This document shows positions 49,068 through 58,345 of a DNA stretch of 64,000 nt, piece after piece. The stretch spans positions 1 to 64,000 of the forward strand of contig DAIPXZ010000001.1 in NCBI GenBank assembly GCA_036782995.1. The letters are read 5' to 3'. The DNA is from Bacillota bacterium (GTDB lineage: Bacteria > Bacillota > Clostridia > Saccharofermentanales > Saccharofermentanaceae). The notes under the pieces were generated by a model. It was not told where the DNA came from, made no database searches, and saw only the letters and a program-made list of their open reading frames with translations. The translations under genes and the position numbers were made by a program. The first letter of the stretch is position 1, and every line of letters starts with the position of its first letter.

Positions 49068-50534
49068 TTACAACACCGGCTTTTCGAGTGCATTCTCCAA
49101 TGCATCGATGATGATCTCGATGGTTTTTACGCGGGCATAAAGCTTATCATTGCCTTCAATAATATGCCAGGGCGCATATTCCGTCGATGTTTTCTGTAGC
49201 ATATCATTGACGGCCTCTTCGTATGCATCCCATTTCTCGCGGTTACGCCAATCTTCGTCTGTGATCTTCCATTGCTTTTCAGGTGTTTCTTGGCGTTCGT
49301 TGAAACGAGCAAGCTGGACGTCTTTATCAATTTGAAGCCAAAATTTTATCACGATTGTGCCTTCCGATGCCAACTGATATTCAAATTCATTCATTTCACG
49401 GTAGGCGCGTTTCCATTCCTTTTGATCGCAAAAGCCTTCTATGCGTTCTACCATAACACGCCCGTACCACGTACGGTCAAAAAGTGCTATATGCCCGGTT
49501 TTCGGCATTTTCTCCCAGAAACGCCATAAATAATGGCGATTCTTTTCTGGTGGGGTCGGCGATGCAACAGGATTTACTTCATATCCGCGTGCATCGAGTG
49601 CTTGCGTCACGCGTTTTATGGCACCACCCTTCCCTGCTGCGTCCCATCCTTCAAAAAGCAAGACGACGGGGATGTGGCGGGCGTAGATGTGATTATGAAG
49701 CTCACGCAGACGTTTCTGATCCTTTTTCAGACGCTCCTCGTAGTCTTCGCGGGGTAGCGCAAGAGATAGGTCAACCTCGTGTAGAAGCGGCATAGATATC
49801 GGCTTCGGGAGTTTCGGTACATATTTTGCAACCGCTTTCTTGTCGATTCCGTTGTGCAAACGATCGGAGATGGCGTCGATTAAATAGCGAAGTGCGTAGA
49901 ATTCACTGATAAGTGGTTTTTTCGCTTCGATAACATGCCATGGAGCAAAAGGCGAATCCGTCTTTTCCATTATTTCTTGGTAAGCCGCCTTAACTTCGCA
50001 ATAGTTCTTCGCTTCCCATGCATCATGCTCTGAAACCCGCCATGCGGTTGCTTGGTCAGCGAGCAGGCGATTGAGTCTGCATTTCTGTTCATCTTCATCG
50101 ATATTCAGGAAGATTTTCACTAAAAGATATCCGTTTTCAGTCAATGACCGCTCAAATTGCTTAACAAATTCGATACGACGCTTATATGTATCTGACGTGA
50201 TGCTTCGTTCCAAATTTGAAGTAGCTAGAATTGACGGCCATCCGCTATCTAGGAACGTGAACTTTCCTTGTTCAGGAATGGTTCGAAAATAGCGATAAAG
50301 AAAGTGTCTTCTCGTTTCTTCCGGACTCGGACGATCCATAGAACAGACGCGATAAAAGCGCGGATCGATACAAGTAATTAAGCGATTAATCAATGAACCC
50401 TTGCCCGATGCGGCAAAGCCTTCCACGAGAACAAATACTGAAATCCCCGCCTTTTTGATTTCCTGTTGTAGAGTAAGGAGTTCTCCTTGCATTTCTGAAA
50501 TTTCTGCCTTCATCTGCTTTTTTTCTTCACGCAT
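49068..50534 (-). CDS. two-domain polyphosphate kinase 2 (class II PPK2 / polyphosphate:AMP phosphotransferase-like)
   Basis: It has two tandem PPK2 domains, each with a Walker-A-like motif (EGFAASGKGS and EGWDAAGKGG). The start was set at MREEKKQ (ATG at 50534; RBS AAGGAGGT 8 nt upstream), which overlaps the upstream gene's stop by 8 nt. Confidence 0.85.
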   Translation of the reverse strand: MREEKKQMKAEISEMQGELLTLQQEIKKAGISVFVLVEGFAASGKGSLINRLITCIDPRFYRVCSMDRPSPEETRRHFLYRYFRTIPEQGKFTFLDSGWPSILATSNLERSITSDTYKRRIEFVKQFERSLTENGYLLVKIFLNIDEDEQKCRLNRLLADQATAWRVSEHDAWEAKNYCEVKAAYQEIMEKTDSPFAPWHVIEAKKPLISEFYALRYLIDAISDRLHNGIDKKAVAKYVPKLPKPISMPLLHEVDLSLALPREDYEERLKKDQKRLRELHNHIYARHIPVVLLFEGWDAAGKGGAIKRVTQALDARGYEVNPVASPTPPEKNRHYLWRFWEKMPKTGHIALFDRTWYGRVMVERIEGFCDQKEWKRAYREMNEFEYQLASEGTIVIKFWLQIDKDVQLARFNERQETPEKQWKITDEDWRNREKWDAYEEAVNDMLQKTSTEYAPWHIIEGNDKLYARVKTIEIIIDALENALEKPVL

Positions 50535-51678
50535 ACGATTGTACCTCCTTGTACTTCTCATCGACTCGATTCATTAATTCGAGTTCATCAAGGATTTCCC
50601 CTTGATATGGGTACGTATTCCTCATGCTCTCGAATTGTTCACGTATGTTTTGGGCGTCATTCGTATTATTGTCCTCGAGTAACGCCTTCGCATATTGATA
50701 GCGCAAAACGGTAGGATTTTCCTTCATCTTCTGAATGAAGTCCATTGTTGTTTTTGATAAAAAAGAGTTCCGTTCATCTTTGGGCTGTTCGGTAAGCAAT
50801 GAAAGGTAGGTTAACTCCATATCGATAAAGGCACCTATTATTCCGCTTCTTGGTATCTCCGTATGATTATGAAGCCACTTTAGTTTTTCATAAGCTTCAT
50901 CTAATCGACCATTGATGATGTAATAGCAACAACTGTTTACGTATTGCGTGGTAATTATTGCTGTCGTCATCTCTTTTTCCGTAGGAAAAAAGTAATTGGC
51001 TTCGTCTATATCTTTCATGCGAGCATCTTCAGCGTATTCCGCAAGTGTAATCATCTGTGTGTAGAATACACGAATCATCAATGGGTTACGTTTACAGGCC
51101 AAGATATTCGCTCCGTCGTTATTCAACATTTTGCCGGAAAACGGAATGCCATTTATTACGGCAGGAATCAACGCCATTGCCGCAGCAGTGATAAAAAACG
51201 CACGGCTAATCGGTGCAATCGGCAAGAGACAGAGTCCGCCAAATATACCGGCACACAACATGTTCATGAGCACTCCGCCGAGTTGATAAAGATTAATCGG
51301 ATTTTTTCCGTTCTCTTGATATAGCGGTGGTTTCATTAAGCATTGACCCGCCGTTCCGGTAAGCTTATATTTCTTGATCGCGAGCTTTCCATTCTTCTTT
51401 ATCCAAACAGTATTGTATACTCGGAAGCTTATAAAAGAATATCCGGAAATCAAGCCCGCAAACAAGTGTCCTAGTTCATGGAGAACAAGTTGAATATTAT
51501 ACAAAACAATGCTGACCATACAAAAGACAAGCGTAACCAAGAAACCATGTGTTCCAATAGAATTCGGATATGCCCCCTTTATGATCGCATTGATTATCAT
51601 CATCGAGCCAAAGTAGATGATTACCAATATTGTGCATATAAGAAAACAATTCACTGCATTGATTTTCTTTGATTCCAT
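50527..51678 (-). CDS. membrane-embedded HExxH zincin-like protein (DUF3267/S2P-like N-terminal half) with cytoplasmic helical C-terminal domain
   Basis: HELGH lies inside a predicted TM helix (LVLHELGHLFAGLISGY). There are 4-5 TM helices in the first ~190 aa, then a ~190-aa soluble helical domain. An AAGGAG RBS is present. Confidence 0.55.
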   Translation of the reverse strand: MESKKINAVNCFLICTILVIIYFGSMMIINAIIKGAYPNSIGTHGFLVTLVFCMVSIVLYNIQLVLHELGHLFAGLISGYSFISFRVYNTVWIKKNGKLAIKKYKLTGTAGQCLMKPPLYQENGKNPINLYQLGGVLMNMLCAGIFGGLCLLPIAPISRAFFITAAAMALIPAVINGIPFSGKMLNNDGANILACKRNPLMIRVFYTQMITLAEYAEDARMKDIDEANYFFPTEKEMTTAIITTQYVNSCCYYIINGRLDEAYEKLKWLHNHTEIPRSGIIGAFIDMELTYLSLLTEQPKDERNSFLSKTTMDFIQKMKENPTVLRYQYAKALLEDNNTNDAQNIREQFESMRNTYPYQGEILDELELMNRVDEKYKEVQSYA

Positions 51679-51714
51679 AAATACTCCTTATTGCACAAGT
51701 CTCGAACTTGTAGC

Positions 51715-53187
51715 TTATTCGGAAGACGCATCGGAGGTCGTTTTTTTGAACGGGGAGGGTCCTTCACTGTCAAATTCGGGAATATCCTCCAATCCGATTT
51801 CCAACGCAACGTCCATCGCCGATTTTGCCGGAGCTTTAGGGATATTGCTTCCAAGACTACGATCCGTTGCCGGGAAGAAGCCGGAGCCTCTTCCGAGCTG
51901 TTGACTACGTGCTTGATCAATGGATAGATAGATTTCCGAATGCTTTTCGGGGAGAGGTACAGGGGCACTCGGAATGTTGACTTGCCTTTCCAAGGCAAAT
52001 TTATCACTGTCAACACCATGATACGCTTCTTCAACATTTTTTTGATTTACAACAACCTTGGCTGGCGCAACACGTACATTTCTTTCCATGCGAATCAGAA
52101 CCTTGTCCACAGCATTTTCATTCATCGCTATATCGATTAATGCAGACGAGTTCGGAATGTCGAGGTATGCACGGCATTCCGAAGGACGATAGATGGGGCG
52201 TGAAGACGCAATCCTTCCGTTAACCGCATTCATCAGCCAATGGAATGGCTTTCCCTTCACAGTAGTTTTTATCTGCCAATAAGGGAAGTAGGTTAAGATG
52301 CCAAGGCTTTCCTCGTATTTCGACTGGTCGACATAGGACACAACCGCCGATTCTTTTTCTTCCTCACTAACCCAGATGCCGCGCACCCACAGCTTGATAT
52401 GGGCAATTAAATCATCCATGATTTCCTGACCCGACCGGTTAGGCATGACGAAAATAGCGTTATTCTTATCGACCGAATCAAAGTCTTTGCTCATCGAAAA
52501 GGAATATGGGCCAATATCATCAAACGAATCGTTACTGATATAGTCCGAAGCAGGGATTGGGATGTCGTTAAAGCGGAATTGTCCTCCGACATTTCGATCG
52601 ACATAATAACCATCTGTCGAAGACATCGGACGCATAATAGCCGTGTTCTCGACTCTCTTTTGGTTATCATTTTTGTACGTTGTAGGTACTTTTTCAGCCA
52701 AATTCTTGGTGACAATCGCACTGGTAAATGCTTCATAATCAAAGATATAAACAGGCAAGTACGTTTTCACCATCATTTCAGCGAGCTTGGTGTATTTTCC
52801 GGAAAGAAAGAACTTTTCCTTCATGGATTTTTCAAAAGCTTCCTTCGCTTCGTTCGCATCGACGTAAAATGGTACGATTTGTTGAGCCTTGGGAAAAGGG
52901 TGTTGTTTATTGTCGACCTTCGGCACTCTTTCTTTTCCGCAAACAATACAGGTCGAACGGGCGGAAGATAAATCCGTTTCCGAAAACATTATCGTCTTAC
53001 ATTGAGGACACTCATAAGAATAATAATCTCGCAACGCGCTGTATTCCGGGAAATAAAAACCACCGTCTACCTTTTCCACTTGATTCTCTGGCAAAAGCGG
53101 CGTATGACAAAACACGCATTCGTATTTATCGTGCGTGTTTGTAATAACATTAGCATGACATTTGGGGCATGCAAACGCAATATCCAT
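51715..53187 (-). CDS. cytoplasmic tandem-zinc-ribbon protein, paralog A (unknown family)
   Basis: 490 aa. The N-terminal sequence MDIAFACPKCHANV...YECVFCHT...YECPQCKT...CIVCG has four CxxC pairs (two zinc ribbons). A ~350-aa domain follows that is conserved with the 1337-aa neighbour, then the C-terminal motif DIPEFDSEGPSPFKK. An AGGAGTG RBS is present. No TM helix or signal peptide. Confidence 0.7.
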   Translation of the reverse strand: MDIAFACPKCHANVITNTHDKYECVFCHTPLLPENQVEKVDGGFYFPEYSALRDYYSYECPQCKTIMFSETDLSSARSTCIVCGKERVPKVDNKQHPFPKAQQIVPFYVDANEAKEAFEKSMKEKFFLSGKYTKLAEMMVKTYLPVYIFDYEAFTSAIVTKNLAEKVPTTYKNDNQKRVENTAIMRPMSSTDGYYVDRNVGGQFRFNDIPIPASDYISNDSFDDIGPYSFSMSKDFDSVDKNNAIFVMPNRSGQEIMDDLIAHIKLWVRGIWVSEEEKESAVVSYVDQSKYEESLGILTYFPYWQIKTTVKGKPFHWLMNAVNGRIASSRPIYRPSECRAYLDIPNSSALIDIAMNENAVDKVLIRMERNVRVAPAKVVVNQKNVEEAYHGVDSDKFALERQVNIPSAPVPLPEKHSEIYLSIDQARSQQLGRGSGFFPATDRSLGSNIPKAPAKSAMDVALEIGLEDIPEFDSEGPSPFKKTTSDASSE

Positions 53188-53256
53188 AACAATTCACTCC
53201 TATCATTCAGACGGTAAGGATGAAAAGTCTTCGTTTGAGAATGCTCGAAAGAATGA

Positions 53257-56200
53257 TTATCTTTCCCGTCTTATCGGTTTCTTGGCAAATGGGCTTGGTC
53301 CATTCGGATCAAACTTCGGAATATCGCTTAACGAACGACGAGCCGCCGCTTCCTCTTCAACGATTCCTTTGCGAATTGGATCCATTCCGCCATATGCTAG
53401 CGATGGGATCGGTCGTTCGCCGCCGTATCTTGGTAATCCTTCATCCTCAGGCGGTCGTGTACCCGTGGCGACCGGTTGTGCTGTTTCTTGCAAAGTTGTT
53501 CCTGTCGGATGTTCTGTCAAATTGCTCTCTTCTACTGTTCTGCTACCAGGACGCAGCATCACCGCAGCCATGTTTGTATTCTCCACATTGATGGTCGATT
53601 CTTTTACCGAAAATGCCGGCAGAACTTCTTCGTCCTGTTCGCGATTGCTTTCTTCGACGTCAGCCGTATGAATGGTCATCGGTACCGAGCGTGTATACTC
53701 AACCGGTTCTTCAACGGGCTGTTCCGCCTTTGGAGCAAATACGGGCGCATCCTCACTTGATGCTTTGAAAGCCGCTTGGACATTGGCCTGACGTGCCGCT
53801 TCTTCTAATGCGCGTCTCTCGCGATATGTGCGTGGACGATCGCTCGAGAATGTAATTGGAGAAGATTCATCCTCGGTGCCACGAACAGAAGTATTTACTG
53901 TTTCATCGAGCGTCGTATTCGGACGTAATGCTGAACCCGGACGTGTTGCGGCCGGTTCATTTGCGGAGGACGAAGAAGTCGATGGCTGTTTATCTTCGTC
54001 AATCGTTAACTCTTCCTTCTGATGTAATGGCATTTCTCCACCGCGGCTTGTTGCTGAATGATCGGCAGCAGCAAGAACACTATTGTTTCTCGGTTTTTCA
54101 ACATTAATTACGATATCTTGTGGCTTTGCAAAACGAGGTTTCGTATCTTCTGGTTCAGGCAATCCCGTTGATGGTGATGCCCATGTCGGAATCGGTCGAT
54201 CACTACGAATTGAACGCTCCCAAATCGGTACGGACTTCGAAGAATTCTCTTCTTGGCTTCTATGTCCACGCATGGCAGGACCACTAGTTGCTTGTGCCGC
54301 CGTCGTTGACGCTTGCGTTTCTTCCTGTGATACGCTTCTGCGCGATGCAAAAGGAGAAATCGAATCTTCCGGTCTTCCCCATGTCGGAGGCGGCGTAATT
54401 GCAGATGAAAGAGGACTACGGCTTACGGAAGACGTATCCGTTTTTGGAGTCGAAGGTGCATTGGTTGCTACCGTCGGACGGCTCGTCGTGGAATCACTAC
54501 GCGTTGACGTTCCAGGACGAGAAGCTGCCCCCGGTCGCGTCGCAGCAACGGATTCACGTGATGTCGTCGGTTCTGATGCCGAAGTCGCTTGCACTGGAGC
54601 TTTATGTTGTAATGTCGAATCTTGTGATGCCGGCACAGACATATTCGGGCGTGGCGGACGCTTTATCTGTCCGTTTTGACCAACAGTTGTAGCGGACGCA
54701 CTTGTTTTTTTTGCCCAGTCGGGTGTCTCTCCCGCTGGCATTTCACCCCAAATTGGTTTGCGTGGCATATGAATTGAATCATCTTCTGATGGTGTTGAAA
54801 CAGAACGAGCCATTTGCGCAAGCGGAGATGGTTCACGCGGAGCAAGAGGCTTCGAAACAGGCTTCGGTGTTGGCAAGACATCTTCGTCTTTCTCAACCAT
54901 AGGAAGTGGCATGTGCTTTTCTTCTTCGATAATCGGAGCCTTCTTCTCCATGAAAGAAAGAGAAAGGTGTTGCTCTTCCTTTTCAAACGTATCAGCGCCG
55001 ACAGGTGTCACTTCTTCCTTCATCGGGAGTGGTTGTGATGTTGTTTTCGGTGTCGTGGCTTTCTTGGCCTGCAAAACGATATCATCCGCTTTCTCAACCG
55101 CCGATTTAGTCTTACGTGACTTATCGGGTACGATATCATCCGCAGATTCAACGATGCCCTTCTTGGTAGTCGACTTTAATGAATCATCGGTATCATTGTC
55201 TGCACGTGATACAGTAGTCGTCGCGTTTTTCTCTTCCGTACTCGGTTGTTCCATCGCGGCTTCACGACGCTTCAGCTCTCTAAGTGCGCTGAGTGGCAAG
55301 GAATTGATTGTCTCGGCATCCAAATCAGCAAGAGTCAAGCCATCCAGATTCATCAATGGAGATGCTATTTGCGTAGACTGTACATCCGACATATTCGAAA
55401 TATATGCGGACTCCCACGCTGGATGGTTTTGTTCCATAGTCTTCGACGAGGAAAGAGTCGATGCCGGAGCTTGAACGGCTTCGATTGGTTGCTCTTCTTC
55501 ACCATTCACCTTCGCCTTCATGCTGGATACTTTCTTTTCCGGAACATGTGCACCAAATGCGTTCACGCTTGCGTCTTGCGGGCGATCCCATACCGGTACC
55601 TGTGTTTCTTTTTTCTCGATGGCAGGCTTCTTTGTTCGAACGGTACGATTGCTGTTTGGAACAGCGACCTCCGTCGGCTTCGAGTTCTTCGCCCACGCCG
55701 GTGCTTCCACTGCAGCTTTCATCTCGCCCGGATTTTCCTTGGCTGCTGCTTTAATGGCAGCTGGTCGAGTAATCGGTTCCAGTTTCTTTTTCTGAGGCAT
55801 CTTCGTTAAATCGCTAATATTGGTCACAATCGGAATATCAAGAAGTGGCGCACCCTCTGGGCGATTTGCCGCTTCAGCACGACGTTTTTCCATTGCCTCA
55901 GCGCGTTTCTTCGCCTCTTCATCTGCCTTAATGTCTGCCTCCGTTGCGGTGTGAACCATCAACTGCGCATCAAAATCATCCGGCTTCTTTGGTTTTCTTG
56001 TTTTCGGCTTCTCAAAGAAGGAGTAATCAAGAATTTCGTGCGCTGGATTATATAGATCGAACTCAAAGTGTGTGTCCTTCAATGCCGTACAGCGGTCCAT
56101 ATTGGCATATTCGTGATATCCGGTCTTGTCATTTTGTGATGCGACCTTCGCCATCGGAATATTTGCCTCGACGACACCGTTTTGAGCATTCATGGCATAG

Positions 56201-57183
56201 TGGAACTCTCTTCCTAAGTATTCGCCTCGCATAGCCCAAATCGGTAAGAGGACAAGTTCTCCGATACCAAGTGGATAATCGGTCTTATCAGAATAGAAGG
56301 AAATATCGTATTGCACAGAATGTGCGTCATATATCATTTGACGGGTCCATTTCTTGATGCGCCCCATGAACTCTTGCATCATTGAAATCGCATCTTTATA
56401 TGTCGCTACGACCGGAACATCACCCAATGCCGTTGTCGTAACCGGGACCATCTTAGAAAAATCATATGGTTGAATGTTGCGAACCGTATTGTCAGGTAAA
56501 CATCCAGTCGCGTCAAAAGGTACGCCCATCCATGATAAAACACCACCTGTGATTCTTTCGGTCGGTAGTTCCTGCGTCTCTTTGACACCGCGAAGGCTAT
56601 TATTAATCTTTTTAAAAGAAGAACGAAGCGGCATCATCAGCTCTTTTAATTGTTCCGGAGCCGCCGTGTCCAAGATTGATTGCGTAGGAATATGCTTCAA
56701 CATTGCGGTGAGTCGCACGTTCGCTAATACTTCGTAGTTAAATATCCAACACGGAACATAGACCTTCTTTAGAAGGGCCTTGTTCTCATCAGTTACCAGT
56801 GCACGTCCGACAGCCGAGTTATTTCGACAGTATTCTTCAAAAACGCTTTCCGCTTTTTGTCGATTGTAGGAAAACAGAATCATTCGACGTGGCATCGCCC
56901 CTAGCGCCGGGCCCTTATCCGTAAGCTTCGAAACACCACAAAGTGGGCAATCCATCTTTTGACCATCTGCTACTCTTGCGAATACCTGACCACCGCATTC
57001 TTCACAGGTAAATGAATGATAAGCCTTTTCGTCCCATGCTTCACTAACGTAATATCCGCCTTCCAATTCAAGAACTTCATCTGCCGGTGTTAAATCGGTA
57101 TGGCAAAAACAGCAACGATATTTCTTCGACTCATCAAAAATCAAATCCGCCGAGCAATTCGGACAATGAAATGCTATATCCAT
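53257..57183 (-). CDS. cytoplasmic tandem-zinc-ribbon protein, paralog B, with ~820-aa intrinsically disordered P/S/T/A/E-rich region
   Basis: The start was set at MDIAFHCPNCSADL (ATG at 57183, AGGAGGG RBS). Two zinc ribbons (CPNC..CCFCHT..CEECGG..CPLCG) are followed by a domain homologous to paralog A (e.g. VYVPCWIFNYEV matching YLPVYIFDYEA). A long low-complexity region follows, with repeated hydrophobic-Pro-x-Trp and ATRPGxxxRP motifs. The C-terminus is DIPKFDPNGPSPFAKK. Confidence 0.7.
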   Translation of the reverse strand: MDIAFHCPNCSADLIFDESKKYRCCFCHTDLTPADEVLELEGGYYVSEAWDEKAYHSFTCEECGGQVFARVADGQKMDCPLCGVSKLTDKGPALGAMPRRMILFSYNRQKAESVFEEYCRNNSAVGRALVTDENKALLKKVYVPCWIFNYEVLANVRLTAMLKHIPTQSILDTAAPEQLKELMMPLRSSFKKINNSLRGVKETQELPTERITGGVLSWMGVPFDATGCLPDNTVRNIQPYDFSKMVPVTTTALGDVPVVATYKDAISMMQEFMGRIKKWTRQMIYDAHSVQYDISFYSDKTDYPLGIGELVLLPIWAMRGEYLGREFHYAMNAQNGVVEANIPMAKVASQNDKTGYHEYANMDRCTALKDTHFEFDLYNPAHEILDYSFFEKPKTRKPKKPDDFDAQLMVHTATEADIKADEEAKKRAEAMEKRRAEAANRPEGAPLLDIPIVTNISDLTKMPQKKKLEPITRPAAIKAAAKENPGEMKAAVEAPAWAKNSKPTEVAVPNSNRTVRTKKPAIEKKETQVPVWDRPQDASVNAFGAHVPEKKVSSMKAKVNGEEEQPIEAVQAPASTLSSSKTMEQNHPAWESAYISNMSDVQSTQIASPLMNLDGLTLADLDAETINSLPLSALRELKRREAAMEQPSTEEKNATTTVSRADNDTDDSLKSTTKKGIVESADDIVPDKSRKTKSAVEKADDIVLQAKKATTPKTTSQPLPMKEEVTPVGADTFEKEEQHLSLSFMEKKAPIIEEEKHMPLPMVEKDEDVLPTPKPVSKPLAPREPSPLAQMARSVSTPSEDDSIHMPRKPIWGEMPAGETPDWAKKTSASATTVGQNGQIKRPPRPNMSVPASQDSTLQHKAPVQATSASEPTTSRESVAATRPGAASRPGTSTRSDSTTSRPTVATNAPSTPKTDTSSVSRSPLSSAITPPPTWGRPEDSISPFASRRSVSQEETQASTTAAQATSGPAMRGHRSQEENSSKSVPIWERSIRSDRPIPTWASPSTGLPEPEDTKPRFAKPQDIVINVEKPRNNSVLAAADHSATSRGGEMPLHQKEELTIDEDKQPSTSSSSANEPAATRPGSALRPNTTLDETVNTSVRGTEDESSPITFSSDRPRTYRERRALEEAARQANVQAAFKASSEDAPVFAPKAEQPVEEPVEYTRSVPMTIHTADVEESNREQDEEVLPAFSVKESTINVENTNMAAVMLRPGSRTVEESNLTEHPTGTTLQETAQPVATGTRPPEDEGLPRYGGERPIPSLAYGGMDPIRKGIVEEEAAARRSLSDIPKFDPNGPSPFAKKPIRRER

Positions 57184-57340
57184 GTTGGGTTTATCCCTCC
57201 TGTCGCGAAAGCGTGATCGCCTTACTGAGGCCTTCGCTAACGATATCTCTACTAGAGCAATTATAGTCAAACTATAATATAAAGGGTGAACGGATTATTG
57301 TCAATTATTTTTTGTTATTTACGAGTGCTGTAAAGTGTCA

Positions 57341-58270
57341 TTAAACAAAAATAATCGAACAAAAGAATATCATTATTGGCAACGTTATCACCATCAAAAG
57401 CATGCTTTGCACGACCGAGCGCGCCGCGAATTTCGGTGCGCAATTGTATTTTTCGGAAAAGATAACGTTCATCGAGCCACATGGCAAAGCACACATCAAC
57501 ACAATGACAGCGGCTGTAGTTGGCATAATCGGAACAAGGCGATACAGAATAAACATGGCAAGAAGAGCTAGTCCCGGAATGATAACCAATCGCATTAACG
57601 AAGTCACGTATGCTTTCACGTCACTTATCACCTTGAGAAATGGCAAGGTCGCGATAGACGAGCCGATGATAATCATGGAAAGCGGAATTGTCATTGCCCC
57701 AATATCGGCAACTGGGTCGACAATGATTTCCGGCAAACGGAAAGGCGAGATGAATAGTGCAATCGCCGCGACCGATGCAATCGTCACCGGGTTTAGAATC
57801 AATTGACGAAGCTCGCCCTTCTTCCCACTGACAAGATGAATACCATAGGTGTACATAAATAAGTTATATACCATATTAAATATTACGGCGAGTAATAAGC
57901 CTCTTTCTCCGTAAAGTGCATACATCAAAGGAAATCCGACAAATCCTGTGTTCGCAAAAACCGTCATCGTCACAAAGATGCGCTTCTCGTCGTCTTCAAG
58001 CGGGAGCTTCTTGCTTAATTTCCGCATGAGTACCAATGTCACGGCGTAATAACACATTGCAGCCGCACCCGTCGCCAGCATAGCCTTGACGAGCTCAATA
58101 GAATAATCATAATTTGCAGAAGAAATAATGCTGAATGGCAAGATTGCCTTTAAAAGCAATTCGGAAAGACCTTTTTGAATTCTCTCGTCAATCACGCGAA
58201 ATTTGCGAAGACAAATACCAAGTGACACCATGATAGCAAGTTTAACAATCACATATAGCAAAGCGGTCAT
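57341..58270 (-). CDS. AEC-family (auxin efflux carrier / malate-permease-like) transporter
   Basis: 309 aa with 10 TM helices and a typical AEC N-terminus. Confidence 0.8.
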   Translation of the reverse strand: MTALLYVIVKLAIMVSLGICLRKFRVIDERIQKGLSELLLKAILPFSIISSANYDYSIELVKAMLATGAAAMCYYAVTLVLMRKLSKKLPLEDDEKRIFVTMTVFANTGFVGFPLMYALYGERGLLLAVIFNMVYNLFMYTYGIHLVSGKKGELRQLILNPVTIASVAAIALFISPFRLPEIIVDPVADIGAMTIPLSMIIIGSSIATLPFLKVISDVKAYVTSLMRLVIIPGLALLAMFILYRLVPIMPTTAAVIVLMCALPCGSMNVIFSEKYNCAPKFAARSVVQSMLLMVITLPIMIFFCSIIFV

Positions 58271-58345
58271 GAAAAAACTCCTTTTTCGGCTTCATTCGTC
58301 TCGGCACATACAGTCGATTATTTCGGTCGTTCCTGCCAATCGTTC

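Noticed and set aside
53476-56737. Numerous 60-200-aa ORFs on both strands inside the 3.9-kb zinc-ribbon/IDR gene
   Set aside because: They are a product of the low-complexity (Pro/Ser/Thr/Ala/Arg codon) composition of the disordered-region coding sequence. None has an RBS, and the long minus-strand frame is continuous and carries conserved N- and C-terminal modules.
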